DNA from: Acidobacteriota bacterium
Lineage (GTDB): Bacteria > Acidobacteriota > Vicinamibacteria > Vicinamibacterales > UBA2999
NCBI GenBank assembly: GCA_041178345.1
Contig: JBEGVQ010000048.1
Span: 1,021 to 65,020, forward strand
Direction of reading: 5' to 3'
Length of the DNA: 64,000 nucleotides
Of this stretch, positions 40,807 through 52,417 are shown piece by piece. The position numbers were made by a program, and so were the translations under genes. Every line of letters starts with the position of its first letter. Position 1 is the first letter of the stretch. The notes under the pieces are model-generated. The model was not told the DNA's origin, searched no databases, and worked only from the letters and a program-made list of their open reading frames with translations.

Positions 40807-42417
40807 TCAGTAATCCATGCCGATCACGGTGCCCTGGTCGTCAACATCAAGCTTCTGGGCCTGGGGCACTTTGCCGAGGCCTGGCATCAGCATCATGCTG
40901 CCGGCAATCGCCACCACGAACCCGGCGCCGGCCGACAGCGACACGTCGCTGACGTTCAGCGTCCACCCCGAGGGCGCGCCCATCTGCTTGGGATCGTCGG
41001 TGAACGAGTACTGGGTCTTGGCGATGCAGACCGGCAACTCGCCGAAGCCGAGCGACGCGAGCTTGGCCAGACGCGACTTCGCGGCCGGCGTGAACGACAC
41101 GCCGGCGGCGCCGTAGACCCTGGTGGCGACGGCGGTGATCTTCTCTTCGAGGGACTGCGCGGCCGAGTAGCTGGGCTTGACGGCGGCCGGGTCGGACGTG
41201 GCGGCCGCGGCCACGAGTTTTGCGGCGAGCTCGGTCATGCCGGCGCCGCCCTTGGTGTAGCCCTCGGCCAGCGCAACGTCGGCGCCAATCGAGCGGCAGT
41301 AGGTCATCACCGTGTCGACATCGGCATCGCGATCGCCCGGGAAGCGATTGAGCGCAATCACCGCCGGCACACCCCAGCGCTGGAGGTTATCGAGGTGGCG
41401 CACCATGTTCGGGAAGCCCGGCTCGAGCGGGCCATCGGGCGAGCCGCCCTGGGCGCGCAGCGCCTTGAGCGTCACGATTACGGCCGCCGCCGCCGGCACG
41501 TGGCCGCAGATCGGCATCACGATGTCGAAGAACTTCTCGGCGCCGAGGTCGGCGGCAAAGCCGGTCTCGTTGACCACGTAGTCGGCCAGGTGGAGCCCGA
41601 GGCGCTGCGCGAGCACGCTGCTCGTGCCGTGCGCGATGTTGGCAAACGGCCCGCAGTGCACGATCGCCGGTGCGCCCTCGGTGGTCTGCACCAGGTTGGG
41701 CAGGATGGCGTCATTGAGCAACACCATCATCGGCCCGACGGCCTTGAGGTCGGCGGCGGTGACGGGGGCGCCGTCGTAGTTGAAGGCCACCACAATGCGC
41801 GACAGTCGCCGGCGCAGGTCGGCGCGGCCCTCCGATAGCGCCAGGATCGCCATGATCTCCGACGCCGCCGTGATCACGAACCCGGTCTCGCGGGCCGGTC
41901 CACTGTCGCGGCCGCCAAGGCCGCTGGCAATGCGGCGCAGCGCGCGGTCGTTCATGTCCATGCAACGCGGCCACAGGATCTCCTGCGGATTGATGCGCAG
42001 GTCGTTGCCGAAATGCAGGTGGGCGTCGAGCAGCGCGGCCAGCAGGTTATGAGCGGCGGTGATGGCGTGAAAGTCGCCCGTGAAGTGCAGGTTGATCTTG
42101 TCGAGTGGCGCGAGCGAGGCCTGGCCGCCGCCGGTGGCGCCGCCCTTCATGCCGAACACCGGGCCGAGCGACGGCTCCCTGAGCGCGGCGATCGCATGGT
42201 GGCCGAGCTTCACCAACCCTTGCGTGATGCCGATGGTGTTGACCGTCTTGCCCTCGCCGCTCGTGGTCGGCGTGATGGCCGTGACCAGGATCAACTTGCC
42301 GCGCCGGGGAAAGCGGTCGAGGGTCTCGAGGCGGATCTTGGCAATGGCGCGGCCGTACGGTTCGAGCAGGTCGTCGGACAGGCCGAGGCGCGAAGCGATC
42401 TCTGTGATGGGAAGCAT
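40807..42417 (-). CDS. fhs: formate--tetrahydrofolate ligase
   Basis: LVTAITPTTSGEGKTVNTIG, FDIVMPICG and the full-length FTHFS pattern. Confidence 0.9.
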   Translation of the reverse strand: MLPITEIASRLGLSDDLLEPYGRAIAKIRLETLDRFPRRGKLILVTAITPTTSGEGKTVNTIGITQGLVKLGHHAIAALREPSLGPVFGMKGGATGGGQASLAPLDKINLHFTGDFHAITAAHNLLAALLDAHLHFGNDLRINPQEILWPRCMDMNDRALRRIASGLGGRDSGPARETGFVITAASEIMAILALSEGRADLRRRLSRIVVAFNYDGAPVTAADLKAVGPMMVLLNDAILPNLVQTTEGAPAIVHCGPFANIAHGTSSVLAQRLGLHLADYVVNETGFAADLGAEKFFDIVMPICGHVPAAAAVIVTLKALRAQGGSPDGPLEPGFPNMVRHLDNLQRWGVPAVIALNRFPGDRDADVDTVMTYCRSIGADVALAEGYTKGGAGMTELAAKLVAAAATSDPAAVKPSYSAAQSLEEKITAVATRVYGAAGVSFTPAAKSRLAKLASLGFGELPVCIAKTQYSFTDDPKQMGAPSGWTLNVSDVSLSAGAGFVVAIAGSMMLMPGLGKVPQAQKLDVDDQGTVIGMDY

Positions 42418-42423
42418 GGACGT

Positions 42424-42429
42424 ATCTTA
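42424..42429 (-). promoter_or_regulatory. -10-like TAAGAT 6 nt upstream of the fhs ATG (leaderless candidate)
   Basis: Minus strand reads ..gtTAAGATacgtccATG.. and no SD is present. Confidence 0.35.
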
Positions 42430-42732
42430 ACGGCTTGGGGCTTGGCAACCCGGTTCTCCGCCGGACGATATCACTGGCAGCGCGGCCATCGGCCACTCCT
42501 GTTCCCATCATGCGGCGGGGTTGTCAACCAGCCACGCGCGCGACCGGCTGAGCGCCAACGCCGGGCCAGCCGACCGGGCTGCGACCTCCACCGGCACGGC
42601 TGCCCGGTCGCCGGGATCGCGAAAGGTCAGGCGCGATCTCGAACGCATCTTCACGTTCCGCCAGCACGCCATCCTCGAGCAACTCAATGTCGCGGCGCGG
42701 AGTCCCGTCGCCGTCAGCATCGAGCGCATATA

Positions 42733-44079
42733 ATGCCCGCGACCGTGCAGGACCTCACCACCGGCTCGCTGACCGGGCACCTTCTCAAGACCACCAGCTT
42801 CATGCTCGTCAGCATGGTGTTCCAGACGCTCTACGTCCTGGTGGACCTGTTCTGGGTGGGGCGCCTCGGTACCGATGCGGTGGCGGCAGTCGGCATCAGC
42901 GCCAACCTGTCGTTCGTCGTCCTGGCCCTCTCGCAAATGCTCGGCGTCGGCACGACCACCATGGTCTCGCACGCGGCGGGCCGCAAGGAGCACACCCAGG
43001 CGACCTACTTGTTCAACCAGTCGCAGGTGCTGTCGATGGCGGCCGGCCTGGTGTTCCTGGCAGTGGCCATGTACTACCGCACGGCCTACGCCGCCGCGCT
43101 CAGCGCCGATGTCACCATGCAGGCGCAGACCGAGGAATACCTGCTGTGGTTCATCCCGGCCATGGCGCTGCAGTTCGCGATGGTGGCCATGGGCGCGGCC
43201 CTGCGTGGCACCGGCAATTTCAAGCCTGGCATGTACGTGCAGACCGGCACGGTGGTGCTGAACATGGCGCTGACGCCGCTCCTGATCTTCGGGTGGGGAC
43301 CGATCGGCGCCTACGGCATCGGTGGCGCGGCGCTGTCGACGCTGATCGCGGTGGCGATTGGCGTCATCTGGATCTCGTTCTACTTCCTCAGCCGCGACGC
43401 CTACCTGCACTTCCGCCCCGCCGACTGGGTACCGGCATTTCCCGTGTGGGGGCGCCTGCTGAAGATCGGCCTGCCGGCCGGCGCGGAGTTCACCATGATG
43501 GCCATCTACATGGCGGTGGTCTATACGATTACGCGGCCGTTCGGCGCCGCCGCGCAGGCCGGCTTTGGCATCGGCCTGCGTATTATCCAGTCGGCATTCC
43601 TCCCGGTGATTGCGCTCGGGTTGGCGGTGGCCCCGGTGGCCGGTCAGAACTTCGGCGCCGGCAAGGGCCAGCGAGTTCGCCAGGCGTTCACGGTCGCGGC
43701 GTCGATGGCCGGGAGCGTGATGCTGGTGTCGGGCGTGGCGGTCTACCTGGCGGCGCAGCCGCTGATGAAGGTGTTCAGCGCCGACCCGGAGGTCATCCGC
43801 GTCGGCGTCGAGTACCTGCACATCGTGACGATCAACTTCGTCGCCTCGGGCATCACGTTTGTCTCGGCGAGCATGTTCCAGGCCATGGGCAACACCCTGC
43901 CGTCGCTGGCGACATCGTTCCTGCGGCTGATGGTCGGGATTGTCCCCGCGGCGATACTGTCGTCACGGCCCGAGTTCGCCTTGACCTGGATCTGGTGGCT
44001 GGCGGTGCTGTCGACCACCTTGCAGATGGCGCTCAACCTGATCCTGCTTCAGCGGGAATTCAGGCTGAAGCTGGCGTAG
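42733..44079 (+). CDS. MATE-family efflux transporter
   Basis: Start re-set to MPATVQDLTTGSLTGHLLKTT (ATG 42733). The protein has 12 predicted TM helices and ..LVDLFWVGRLGTDAVAAVG.., typical of NorM/DinF-like pumps. Confidence 0.85.
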   Translation: MPATVQDLTTGSLTGHLLKTTSFMLVSMVFQTLYVLVDLFWVGRLGTDAVAAVGISANLSFVVLALSQMLGVGTTTMVSHAAGRKEHTQATYLFNQSQVLSMAAGLVFLAVAMYYRTAYAAALSADVTMQAQTEEYLLWFIPAMALQFAMVAMGAALRGTGNFKPGMYVQTGTVVLNMALTPLLIFGWGPIGAYGIGGAALSTLIAVAIGVIWISFYFLSRDAYLHFRPADWVPAFPVWGRLLKIGLPAGAEFTMMAIYMAVVYTITRPFGAAAQAGFGIGLRIIQSAFLPVIALGLAVAPVAGQNFGAGKGQRVRQAFTVAASMAGSVMLVSGVAVYLAAQPLMKVFSADPEVIRVGVEYLHIVTINFVASGITFVSASMFQAMGNTLPSLATSFLRLMVGIVPAAILSSRPEFALTWIWWLAVLSTTLQMALNLILLQREFRLKLA

Positions 44080-44163
44080 CGAGATCACCAGACAACGGGA
44101 GATATAGAGATCGGCAGTGAAGAAATTTGGACAGGCTGAACTCCTGATCTCTTGAACTCCTGT

Positions 44164-44169
44164 TAGAAT
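44164..44169 (+). promoter_or_regulatory. -10-like TAGAAT 10 nt upstream of the pntA ATG
   Basis: ..tgtTAGAATccccgcaccgATG.. with no SD. It is preceded by a direct repeat of TGAACTCCTG (44137-46 and 44153-62). Confidence 0.3.
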
Positions 44170-44179
44170 CCCCGCACCG

Positions 44180-45732
44180 ATGAAGCTCGCCGTCCCGAGA
44201 GAATGCCGCCCCGGCGAACGCCGTGTGGCCGTTACCCCTGAAAACGTCGCAAAACTCGTGAAGCTGGGCTTCAGCGTGGCCGTCGAGCACGACGCCGGCG
44301 CCGGCGCCTCGTTTGGCGACGATGACTATGCCGCGGCGGGGGCCGAGGTCGTTCCCGGCACGCGCGCCATCTGGCAGGCCGGCGACATCGTGCTCAAGGT
44401 GCAGCCGCCCGCGCCGCACCCCGAGCTGGGCGTGCACGAAGCCGAACTCATCCGCGAGGGCGGCACGCTCATCTGCTTCCTCTATCCCGGCAAGAACACC
44501 GACATCATCGAGCGGCTGGCGGCGCGCAAGGCCACGGCCATCGCAGTCGACCAGATCCCCCGCATCAGCCGCGCGCAGAAGATGGACGCGCTGTCGTCGA
44601 TGGCCAACATCGCCGGTTACCGCGCGGTGGTCGAGGCGGCGAGCTTTTACGGGCGCTTCTTCACCGGCCAGATGACGGCCGCCGGCCGCGTCGCACCGGC
44701 GAAGGTGCTGGTGATTGGCGCCGGTGTCGCCGGGCTCGCCGCGATCGGCGCGGCGCGCGGCATGGGCGCGATCGTGCGGGCCTTCGACACGCGGCCGACG
44801 GTCAAAGAGCAGGTCAGGAGCATGGGCGCCGAGTTCATCGAACTCAACGTCCATGAAGACGGCGAGGGCACCGGCGGCTACGCCAAGGAAATGAGTCCGG
44901 CCTTCATCAAGGCCGAAATGGAGATGTTCGCGGCGCAGGCGCGCGAGGTGGACATCATCATCACCACGGCGCTGATTCCCAACCGGCCCGCCCCGATCCT
45001 GATCACCGAGGAAATGGTGCAGGGGATGAAGAAGGGCTCGGTGATCGTCGACCTGGCCGCCGAGAACGGCGGCAACTGCGCGCTGACCGAGCCCGGCCAC
45101 GTGGTGCAGAAGTACGGTGTCCACATTCTGGGCTACACCGACCTGCCGAGCCGGCTCGCGCCCACCGCCAGCTTCCTGTTCGGGAACAACCTGACGCACC
45201 TGCTGGCCGACCTGGGCGGCGCGAGCCACTTCCACCTCGACCTGGCGGACGAAGTGGTGCGTGGCGCCCTGGTGCTGCGTGACGGCGAAGTGATGTGGCC
45301 GCCGCCGCCACGGCCGCCGCTGCCATTGCCGCCCGAACCCAAGGTGGTGGCGCCGCCCGCCGCCGCACTAGCGGCGAAGGCCCCCGCGTCGGCCGGCGTG
45401 GCCGGTCCGGTGTTCGCCTTGCTCACCGCCATCGCGCTCGTCGGCCTCGGCCTGGTCGCGCCGCCGGCGTTCCTGACGCACCTGACCGTGTTCGCACTGT
45501 CGGTGGTGATTGGCTGGCAGGTGGTGTGGAACGTCACCCCGGCCCTGCACACGCCGCTGATGAGCGTGACCAACGCCATCAGCGGGATCATCGTGCTGGG
45601 CGGCATGCTGCAGTTGAACGGCCCGCTCACCTCGCCGGTGGTGCTCATCGGCGCCGCGGCCATCCTTCTCGCCACCATCAACATCGTCGGCGGCTTCATG
45701 GTGACGCAGCGGATGCTCAGGATGTTCAGACG

Positions 45733-45736
<4 letters not shown>
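44180..45736 (+). CDS. pntA: NAD(P) transhydrogenase alpha subunit (dI plus TM part, with Pro-rich linker)
   Basis: The Ala-dehydrogenase-like dI domain ([17 protein letters not shown]) is followed by the linker [15 protein letters not shown] and 4 TM helices. Confidence 0.88.
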
Positions 45737-47139
<1,403 letters not shown>

Positions 47140-47143
47140 CCCG

Positions 47144-48466
47144 GTGATGCGGCTTCAACTCCCGCATCCCTTCGTCCTGCTCCTCGGCGCGGTCGGTATT
47201 GCCGCCGCGCTCACCTGGATCATCCCCGCCGGCGAATACCAACGGCGCACCGATGCCGACTCCGGGCGCACGGTGGTGATCGCCGGCACCTACGCGGCCG
47301 TGGACGCTGCGCCGGTCGGCCCGATGGCCGCGGTGCTCGCCGTGCCGCGCGGCATCATCGCCGGCGCCGACGTCATTCTCACCATTCTGCTGGTCGGCGG
47401 AGCTTTTGCGCTGCTCGATGCGACCGGGGCCCTGGCCCGCCTGGTCGGCGCGCTCGTCGGGGCCACCCGCCGGCCCCGCACCATCGTCGTGGCCGTGAGC
47501 CTGGGCTTCGCCACGCTGGGCGCACTCGAGAACATGCAGGAGGAGATCGTCGCGCTCGCGCCGGTGCTGATCCTGCTCAGCCGCGGTCTCGGGTTCGGCA
47601 ACGTCACCGCCGTGGCCATGAGCATCGGCGCCGCCGCCGTCGGGGCCGCCTTCGGTCCCACCAATCCGTTCCAAACCGGCATCGCCCTTCGCTTCGCCGA
47701 ACTGCCGCCGATGACCATTCCGGCTATTCGCTTCGGCCTGATGGGGGCCGCGGTCGCCACGTGGATCGCCTGGACGCTGGCGATGGCGTCGCGCGATGAC
47801 GTCAAGGGCGAGGTGCGGGCCATCAGCACCGAGCCGGCCACGCGCCGCGACGCCGTGCTGCTGGCGCTGGTGCTGCTGCCCTTCGTCCCTTACGTCTACG
47901 GCGTCTTGCAGTTCGACTGGGGATTCAACGAACTGTCGGCCCTGTTCCTCGTGGCGGGCTTCGCCGTCGGGCTCGTCTCCGGCCGCGACCTGACGGCGAC
48001 GACGACGGGGTTTCTCAAGGGGATGGAGGCCATGCTGGCGGCGGGGCTGTTCGTCGGGGTGGCCCGGGCCATCAGCGTCGTGATGACCGATGGCCGCATC
48101 ATCGACACCATCCTCTACTCGCTGGCCGTGCCGCTCGCACAGTTTCCCGGGACCATCGCGACGCTGCTGATGGTGCCCGTGCACGCGGTGCTGCACATGG
48201 CCGTGCCCTCGGTGAGCGGCCAGGCCGTGTTGACCATGCCGATCATGGCGCCGCTGTCGGATCTGCTCGGGGTGTCGCGCGACGCGGCCGTGATTGCCTA
48301 CCAAACCGGCGCCGGTCTGTCCGACATGCTGGTGCCCACCAACGGCGCGGTGTTGGCCGTGCTGCTGAGCGCGGGCGTGCCCTACGGACGCTGGCTGCGC
48401 TTTGCGGTTCCGGGCGCCATGCTGGTCGGCGTGACTGGTGCGATCGGCATCATCCTGTCGGCATAG
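47144..48466 (+). CDS. YfcC/DcuC-like anion or amino-acid transporter
   Basis: A polytopic membrane protein with ..IPAGEYQR.. near the N-terminus and ..GGAFALLDATGA.., as in the YfcC family. Confidence 0.65.
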   Translation: MMRLQLPHPFVLLLGAVGIAAALTWIIPAGEYQRRTDADSGRTVVIAGTYAAVDAAPVGPMAAVLAVPRGIIAGADVILTILLVGGAFALLDATGALARLVGALVGATRRPRTIVVAVSLGFATLGALENMQEEIVALAPVLILLSRGLGFGNVTAVAMSIGAAAVGAAFGPTNPFQTGIALRFAELPPMTIPAIRFGLMGAAVATWIAWTLAMASRDDVKGEVRAISTEPATRRDAVLLALVLLPFVPYVYGVLQFDWGFNELSALFLVAGFAVGLVSGRDLTATTTGFLKGMEAMLAAGLFVGVARAISVVMTDGRIIDTILYSLAVPLAQFPGTIATLLMVPVHAVLHMAVPSVSGQAVLTMPIMAPLSDLLGVSRDAAVIAYQTGAGLSDMLVPTNGAVLAVLLSAGVPYGRWLRFAVPGAMLVGVTGAIGIILSA

Positions 48467-48637
48467 AATCGCGAACGAACGGGGGCTCCCGGCCCGATCA
48501 TCCGCATCGCGTCGCAGACCAAGGCCGTGACGGCGTGGCGAACATGCCGTTGATCGAGGGAGCCGGCTGACGCTCAGGCGGCGGGCCGGCGACCTCGTGG
48601 CGGGAGCCGGTTCGCCGATCAGTCGCTGGCACGAGCG

Positions 48638-48643
48638 TATAAT
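48638..48643 (+). promoter_or_regulatory. perfect TATAAT 9 nt upstream of the Omp85-like gene ATG
   Basis: ..ctggcacgagcgTATAATcgacctccgATG.. would give a leader of only a few nt. Confidence 0.35.
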
Positions 48644-48652
48644 CGACCTCCG

Positions 48653-49822
48653 ATGCATCGCGGCACGGCGGTCCTGATCGGCTCCCTGCTGCTCGGTTCG
48701 CCGGCGCTCGCCCAAACGACCCGGGTCGAGACGATTGCCGGACAGCAAGCGGAGAAGGCCAAGCAGCTGGAGACCGAAGGACCTTCCGACGCCGAGTTGG
48801 TCGTGCGGCGGGTCCTGCGGTCGCCGCTGCTCAGCGGCGGGGGCGGCGCCTACCCCTGGTTCGGCAGCGTGTTCGGCGGCTCGGGCATGGCGGTCGGCGC
48901 CGGCTACCTCAAGCGCTTCGAGAAGTCCGGCTCGGTCAACTTCCTGGCCGGCATTTCCATCAACAATTCGCAAATGCTCGAGACCCGGGTCGTCGCGCCG
49001 GCGCTGTTCCGCGACCGCCTGCAGCTCGGCGCCCAGGCGCGGTGGACGGATGCGAATGGTGTGTCGTACTACGGCGTGGGACCTCAAACGGACCCCGAGA
49101 CCGACTTCGAGTACGACTATCAGCCCACGGAGGTCAGCGCCGATGCGACGTTCAAGCCGGTGCGTTGGCTGGCGTTCAGAGGCGGCTACTCGTTCGTCGA
49201 TCTGACGACCGCGGTTGAAGATTTCGATCTGGCGGCGCTGCCCGCGCCGGGGATCGGGCGTGACCTGCGCTATAACGTCCTGCGCGGCGAAGCGGCCGTG
49301 GACACGCGTACCTCGCCAGGCTACAGCACCCGCGGCGGACTGTACCGCGTCGCGTGGGAGCGGCACGAGGAGCGCCATGGTCTCCCGTTCTCATTTGATT
49401 CGCAGGAGTACGAAGTGCGGCAGCTCGTGCCGCTGGTGCGCGCGCAGTTCGTGGTCGCGGTCCACGGGTTGATGACGCTGACCAGCACCGACGCCGGCAA
49501 CGTGGTTCCGGTCCCGCTGGCGCCGTTCCTCGGCAGCGGCAGCACGCTGCGCGCCTTCCCGACCCGTCGCTTCACCGACCGCAATCGTGTGCTGCTGGCC
49601 GGCGAGTACCGCTGGCGGCCCTCGCGCTATCTCGACATGGCGGTGTTCGTGGACTCCGGGCAGGTCGCCGGGGACGTGCAACAGTTCCGCTTCCACGACT
49701 TCGAAACCAACTGGGGCATCGGCGCGCGCTTTCATGGCCCAGTGTTCACGGCCCTGCGGGTCGAATATGCGCGCGGGCGCGAAGGCCGGAACATCATCTT
49801 CGCCGGGAGCCAGGTCTTTTGA
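48653..49822 (+). CDS. Omp85/BamA-like beta-barrel protein without recognisable POTRA domains
   Basis: Signal peptide ..LLLGSPALAQ, the ..LGSGSTLRAFPTRRFTDRN.. motif (Omp85 'GG..LRG(F/Y)'), alternating beta-strand pattern, and the terminal ..IIFAGSQVF. Confidence 0.65.
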   Translation: MHRGTAVLIGSLLLGSPALAQTTRVETIAGQQAEKAKQLETEGPSDAELVVRRVLRSPLLSGGGGAYPWFGSVFGGSGMAVGAGYLKRFEKSGSVNFLAGISINNSQMLETRVVAPALFRDRLQLGAQARWTDANGVSYYGVGPQTDPETDFEYDYQPTEVSADATFKPVRWLAFRGGYSFVDLTTAVEDFDLAALPAPGIGRDLRYNVLRGEAAVDTRTSPGYSTRGGLYRVAWERHEERHGLPFSFDSQEYEVRQLVPLVRAQFVVAVHGLMTLTSTDAGNVVPVPLAPFLGSGSTLRAFPTRRFTDRNRVLLAGEYRWRPSRYLDMAVFVDSGQVAGDVQQFRFHDFETNWGIGARFHGPVFTALRVEYARGREGRNIIFAGSQVF

Positions 49823-51462
49823 CCCTGGTGCGCCGCCGCTTCACCGTGTCGCTGCTGGCCGCGGTCGCCCTCACCTCGACCGCGAGCGCGCAGTCGCGCC
49901 GGTTCTTTCCGGACGATCCGATCTGGCGCGAGCCGATCACCCAGGACGTGAAGCACGCGAACCGCTACGAGCCCGACCTGGCCTACCAGATCCTGGAGAA
50001 CCTCTTCTGGCGGCCCGGTGACTCCGCGACCGGGCAGCGCGCGAAGAACATCAACACCGTGGACGAGGTGCCCGACGGCGCGTTTTTCGTGAACCGCGCC
50101 GGGCGCGCGCCGCTGACACCAGCCGCGGTGGCGCGGGGTGCGAACACCAGCGAGGGTCCCGCGGCGGGACCGTGGACGGTCGTCTCGGCGAAGAGTGATG
50201 GCGTGACGCCGGGTTTCACCATTCGCGACACCGCCGGCCAGCTGTGGTTCGTCAAGTTCGATCCGCCCGGCTGGCGCGCCATGGCGACGGGCAGCGAGAT
50301 GGTCGCGGCCAAGCTGTTCTGGGCGGCCGGCTACCACACCGCCGAGTACCACCTTGCGCAACTGAAGCCGGCGAACCTGGTGATCGGCAAGGACACGAAG
50401 ATCACGCCGCAGGGTGAGATGGCCCGTTCGATGCACCAGGGCGACATCGCGTGGCTGCTGTCACGCGCCGACCGTGACGCCGACGGCACCTACCGGGTGA
50501 TCCTCAGCAAGGCGACGCCGGGCCGCCCGGTGGGACGCATTGCCTTTCACGGCACGCGGGCCGACGACCCGAACGACCTCATCCCGCACGAGCATCGCCG
50601 CGAGTTGCGTGGCTACTTCGTGTTCGCGGCGTGGTTGAACCATGTCGATGCGAAGGGCATCAACTCCCTCTCGTCGCTCGTCACCGAGAACGGGCGCAGC
50701 TTCATCCGCCACTACCTCCTCGACTTCGGCTCGGCGCTCGGCAGTGCCGCGGTCGGACCGCGGGACGGCTGGGAGGGCTATGAGGCCCTGGTTGAAGCGC
50801 CCGGCGAAATCGGCAAGCGCGCGCTGTCGTTCGGCTTCAGGATTCCGCAGTGGCGCCGGCAGGACTACTTCGAATCGCCGACGATCGGCCGGTGGCCCAG
50901 GGACCACGCGCAGTGGGATCCGCAGACCTGGTGGCCGCACATCACCAACGCGGCCTTCCGGCACATGCGCGCGGACGACACGTTCTGGGCGGCGAGCAAG
51001 CTGGTGTCGATTACCGACGACATGATCAAGGCGGCGGTCGCGGAAGCGAAGTTCGGCGATCCGGCATCCGAGGCCTTTCTCGCAAAGGCGATTGCCGACC
51101 GGCGGCTGCGCATCCTGCAGACGTTCCTGCCGAAGGTCAATCCCCTCGTGGACGTGGCACTCGACGCCGAGGGCCGGTTGACCTTCCGCAACGTGGCGGT
51201 GGATGCCGCGGTCGCCGATCGCGCCCCCGGGTATCGCGCCCTCTGGTACACCTTCGACAACACCGCCGATAAGGCGACGCTCGTGGCAAACACCGAAGAG
51301 ACCCAGAGCCCGCTGCCGATGCCGCCGATGCCGGCCTCGGACTTCATCAAGGTGGACATCTCGGCGGTAGGCGGGCCGGAAGCGTGGACCCGCCCGATCT
51401 CGGTGTATTTCCGCCGGAATGCCGGGGCGTGGACCCTGGTCGGCCTCGAACGACTACCCTGA
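49819..51462 (+). CDS. secreted kinase-fold (HipA / PI3-PI4-kinase-like) protein
   Basis: Signal peptide ..SLLAAVALTSTASAQS, then LWFVKFD, EMVAAKLFWAAGYH, FAAWLNHVDAKGINSL (D-x-K-x-x-N catalytic-loop-like) and YLLDFGSALG (DFG-like). The TTG start overlaps the barrel gene stop (TTGA). Confidence 0.5.
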   Translation: MTLVRRRFTVSLLAAVALTSTASAQSRRFFPDDPIWREPITQDVKHANRYEPDLAYQILENLFWRPGDSATGQRAKNINTVDEVPDGAFFVNRAGRAPLTPAAVARGANTSEGPAAGPWTVVSAKSDGVTPGFTIRDTAGQLWFVKFDPPGWRAMATGSEMVAAKLFWAAGYHTAEYHLAQLKPANLVIGKDTKITPQGEMARSMHQGDIAWLLSRADRDADGTYRVILSKATPGRPVGRIAFHGTRADDPNDLIPHEHRRELRGYFVFAAWLNHVDAKGINSLSSLVTENGRSFIRHYLLDFGSALGSAAVGPRDGWEGYEALVEAPGEIGKRALSFGFRIPQWRRQDYFESPTIGRWPRDHAQWDPQTWWPHITNAAFRHMRADDTFWAASKLVSITDDMIKAAVAEAKFGDPASEAFLAKAIADRRLRILQTFLPKVNPLVDVALDAEGRLTFRNVAVDAAVADRAPGYRALWYTFDNTADKATLVANTEETQSPLPMPPMPASDFIKVDISAVGGPEAWTRPISVYFRRNAGAWTLVGLERLP

Positions 51463-51568
51463 CCGCGGTAACGGCCGATACTCTTTTGAGGGTTCAACAT
51501 CGCTGCGAACCATGGTTCCATGCGATACTGAACCACTCGTTTCGACAACTCAACTGAAAGACCTCCTG

Positions 51569-52411
51569 ATGAATCTCATGCGTCTCACCGTGTGTTGCAT
51601 CGTCGCAGTGGCTATCGCTGCGCCCGCATTCGCGCAGGACGCGACCCCGATCGAGAGTGCCCGCGTGGAATCGCCGGGCGCCGGGGCGCCGGTCGGCGGG
51701 CAGTTGCCCCGCCCGGGCCAACCGCTGCCGCCCGACACGATCCTGCCGCGCACCCCCAAGGTGGAATCGGGGAACTTCTTCAAGCTGGTCGGCAGCGACT
51801 TCAAGAACTTCTTCAGCAGGGATACCGCGCACGTGATGGCGTACACCTCGGTCGCCGCGATTGGCGCGGCCCCGTGGGACCGCGAGGGCGTGAACAACGG
51901 TTTCAACATCCCGACGAGCGTCTTCCAGGCCGGCAACACGATCGGCACCTTCGCCTTCCAGGTCGGCCTCGGCGCGACGGGCTACGCCGTCGGCCGAGTC
52001 GCCGGTAAAAGCAAGCTGGCCATGGTGGGCCGCGATGTGGTCCGCGCGCAGATTGTCTCGCAGGTAATCGCCCAGGCCACCAAGTTCTCGGTCGGCCGCA
52101 AGCGGCCGGACGGCAGCAACAGCCAGTCCTTCCCGTCAGGACACGCCGCCAGCACGTTTGCCACCGCCTCGGTCCTGCAACGTCATTACGGCTGGAAGGT
52201 CGGCGCACCGGCCTATGCGCTCGGCTCGTACGTGGCGCTGGCGCGGATGTCCTGGAACAAGCATCACGCCACCGATGTCGTGATGGGCGCCGGTCTCGGC
52301 ATCGCCTCGGCTCGCACCGTGACCATGCAGGTCGCCGGCACCAAGTTCAACCTGGGCGTGCAGCCGCAAGTGGGCGGCGCGTCCATCAACTTCACCAAGG
52401 TCTATAAGTAG
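51569..52411 (+). CDS. PAP2-superfamily phosphatase with signal peptide
   Basis: Start re-set to MNLMRLTVCCIVAVAIAAPAFAQ (ATG 51569). All three PAP2 motifs are present: KFSVGRKRP, PSGH and ARMSWNKHHATD. Confidence 0.8.
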   Translation: MNLMRLTVCCIVAVAIAAPAFAQDATPIESARVESPGAGAPVGGQLPRPGQPLPPDTILPRTPKVESGNFFKLVGSDFKNFFSRDTAHVMAYTSVAAIGAAPWDREGVNNGFNIPTSVFQAGNTIGTFAFQVGLGATGYAVGRVAGKSKLAMVGRDVVRAQIVSQVIAQATKFSVGRKRPDGSNSQSFPSGHAASTFATASVLQRHYGWKVGAPAYALGSYVALARMSWNKHHATDVVMGAGLGIASARTVTMQVAGTKFNLGVQPQVGGASINFTKVYK

Positions 52412-52417
52412 CCGCTC

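Noticed and set aside
42418-42520. ZTP (pfl) or THF riboswitch in the fhs 5' region.
   Set aside because: I could not find the conserved cores I remember for ZTP (GACUGGCG ... CCGCCUGGGCA-type) or a THF-like pseudoknot. In addition, the -10-like hexamer sits only 6 nt from the ATG, leaving no room for a leader.
48627-48643. TGGCAC hexamer upstream of the Omp85-like gene as a possible sigma-54 -24 element. Also TGGCAC at about 5474, 15556 and 55819.
   Set aside because: The -12 position reads TATAA rather than TTGC(A/T). The other TGGCAC copies are inside coding sequence and also lack a correctly spaced TTGC. No convincing sigma-54 promoter is present in the window.
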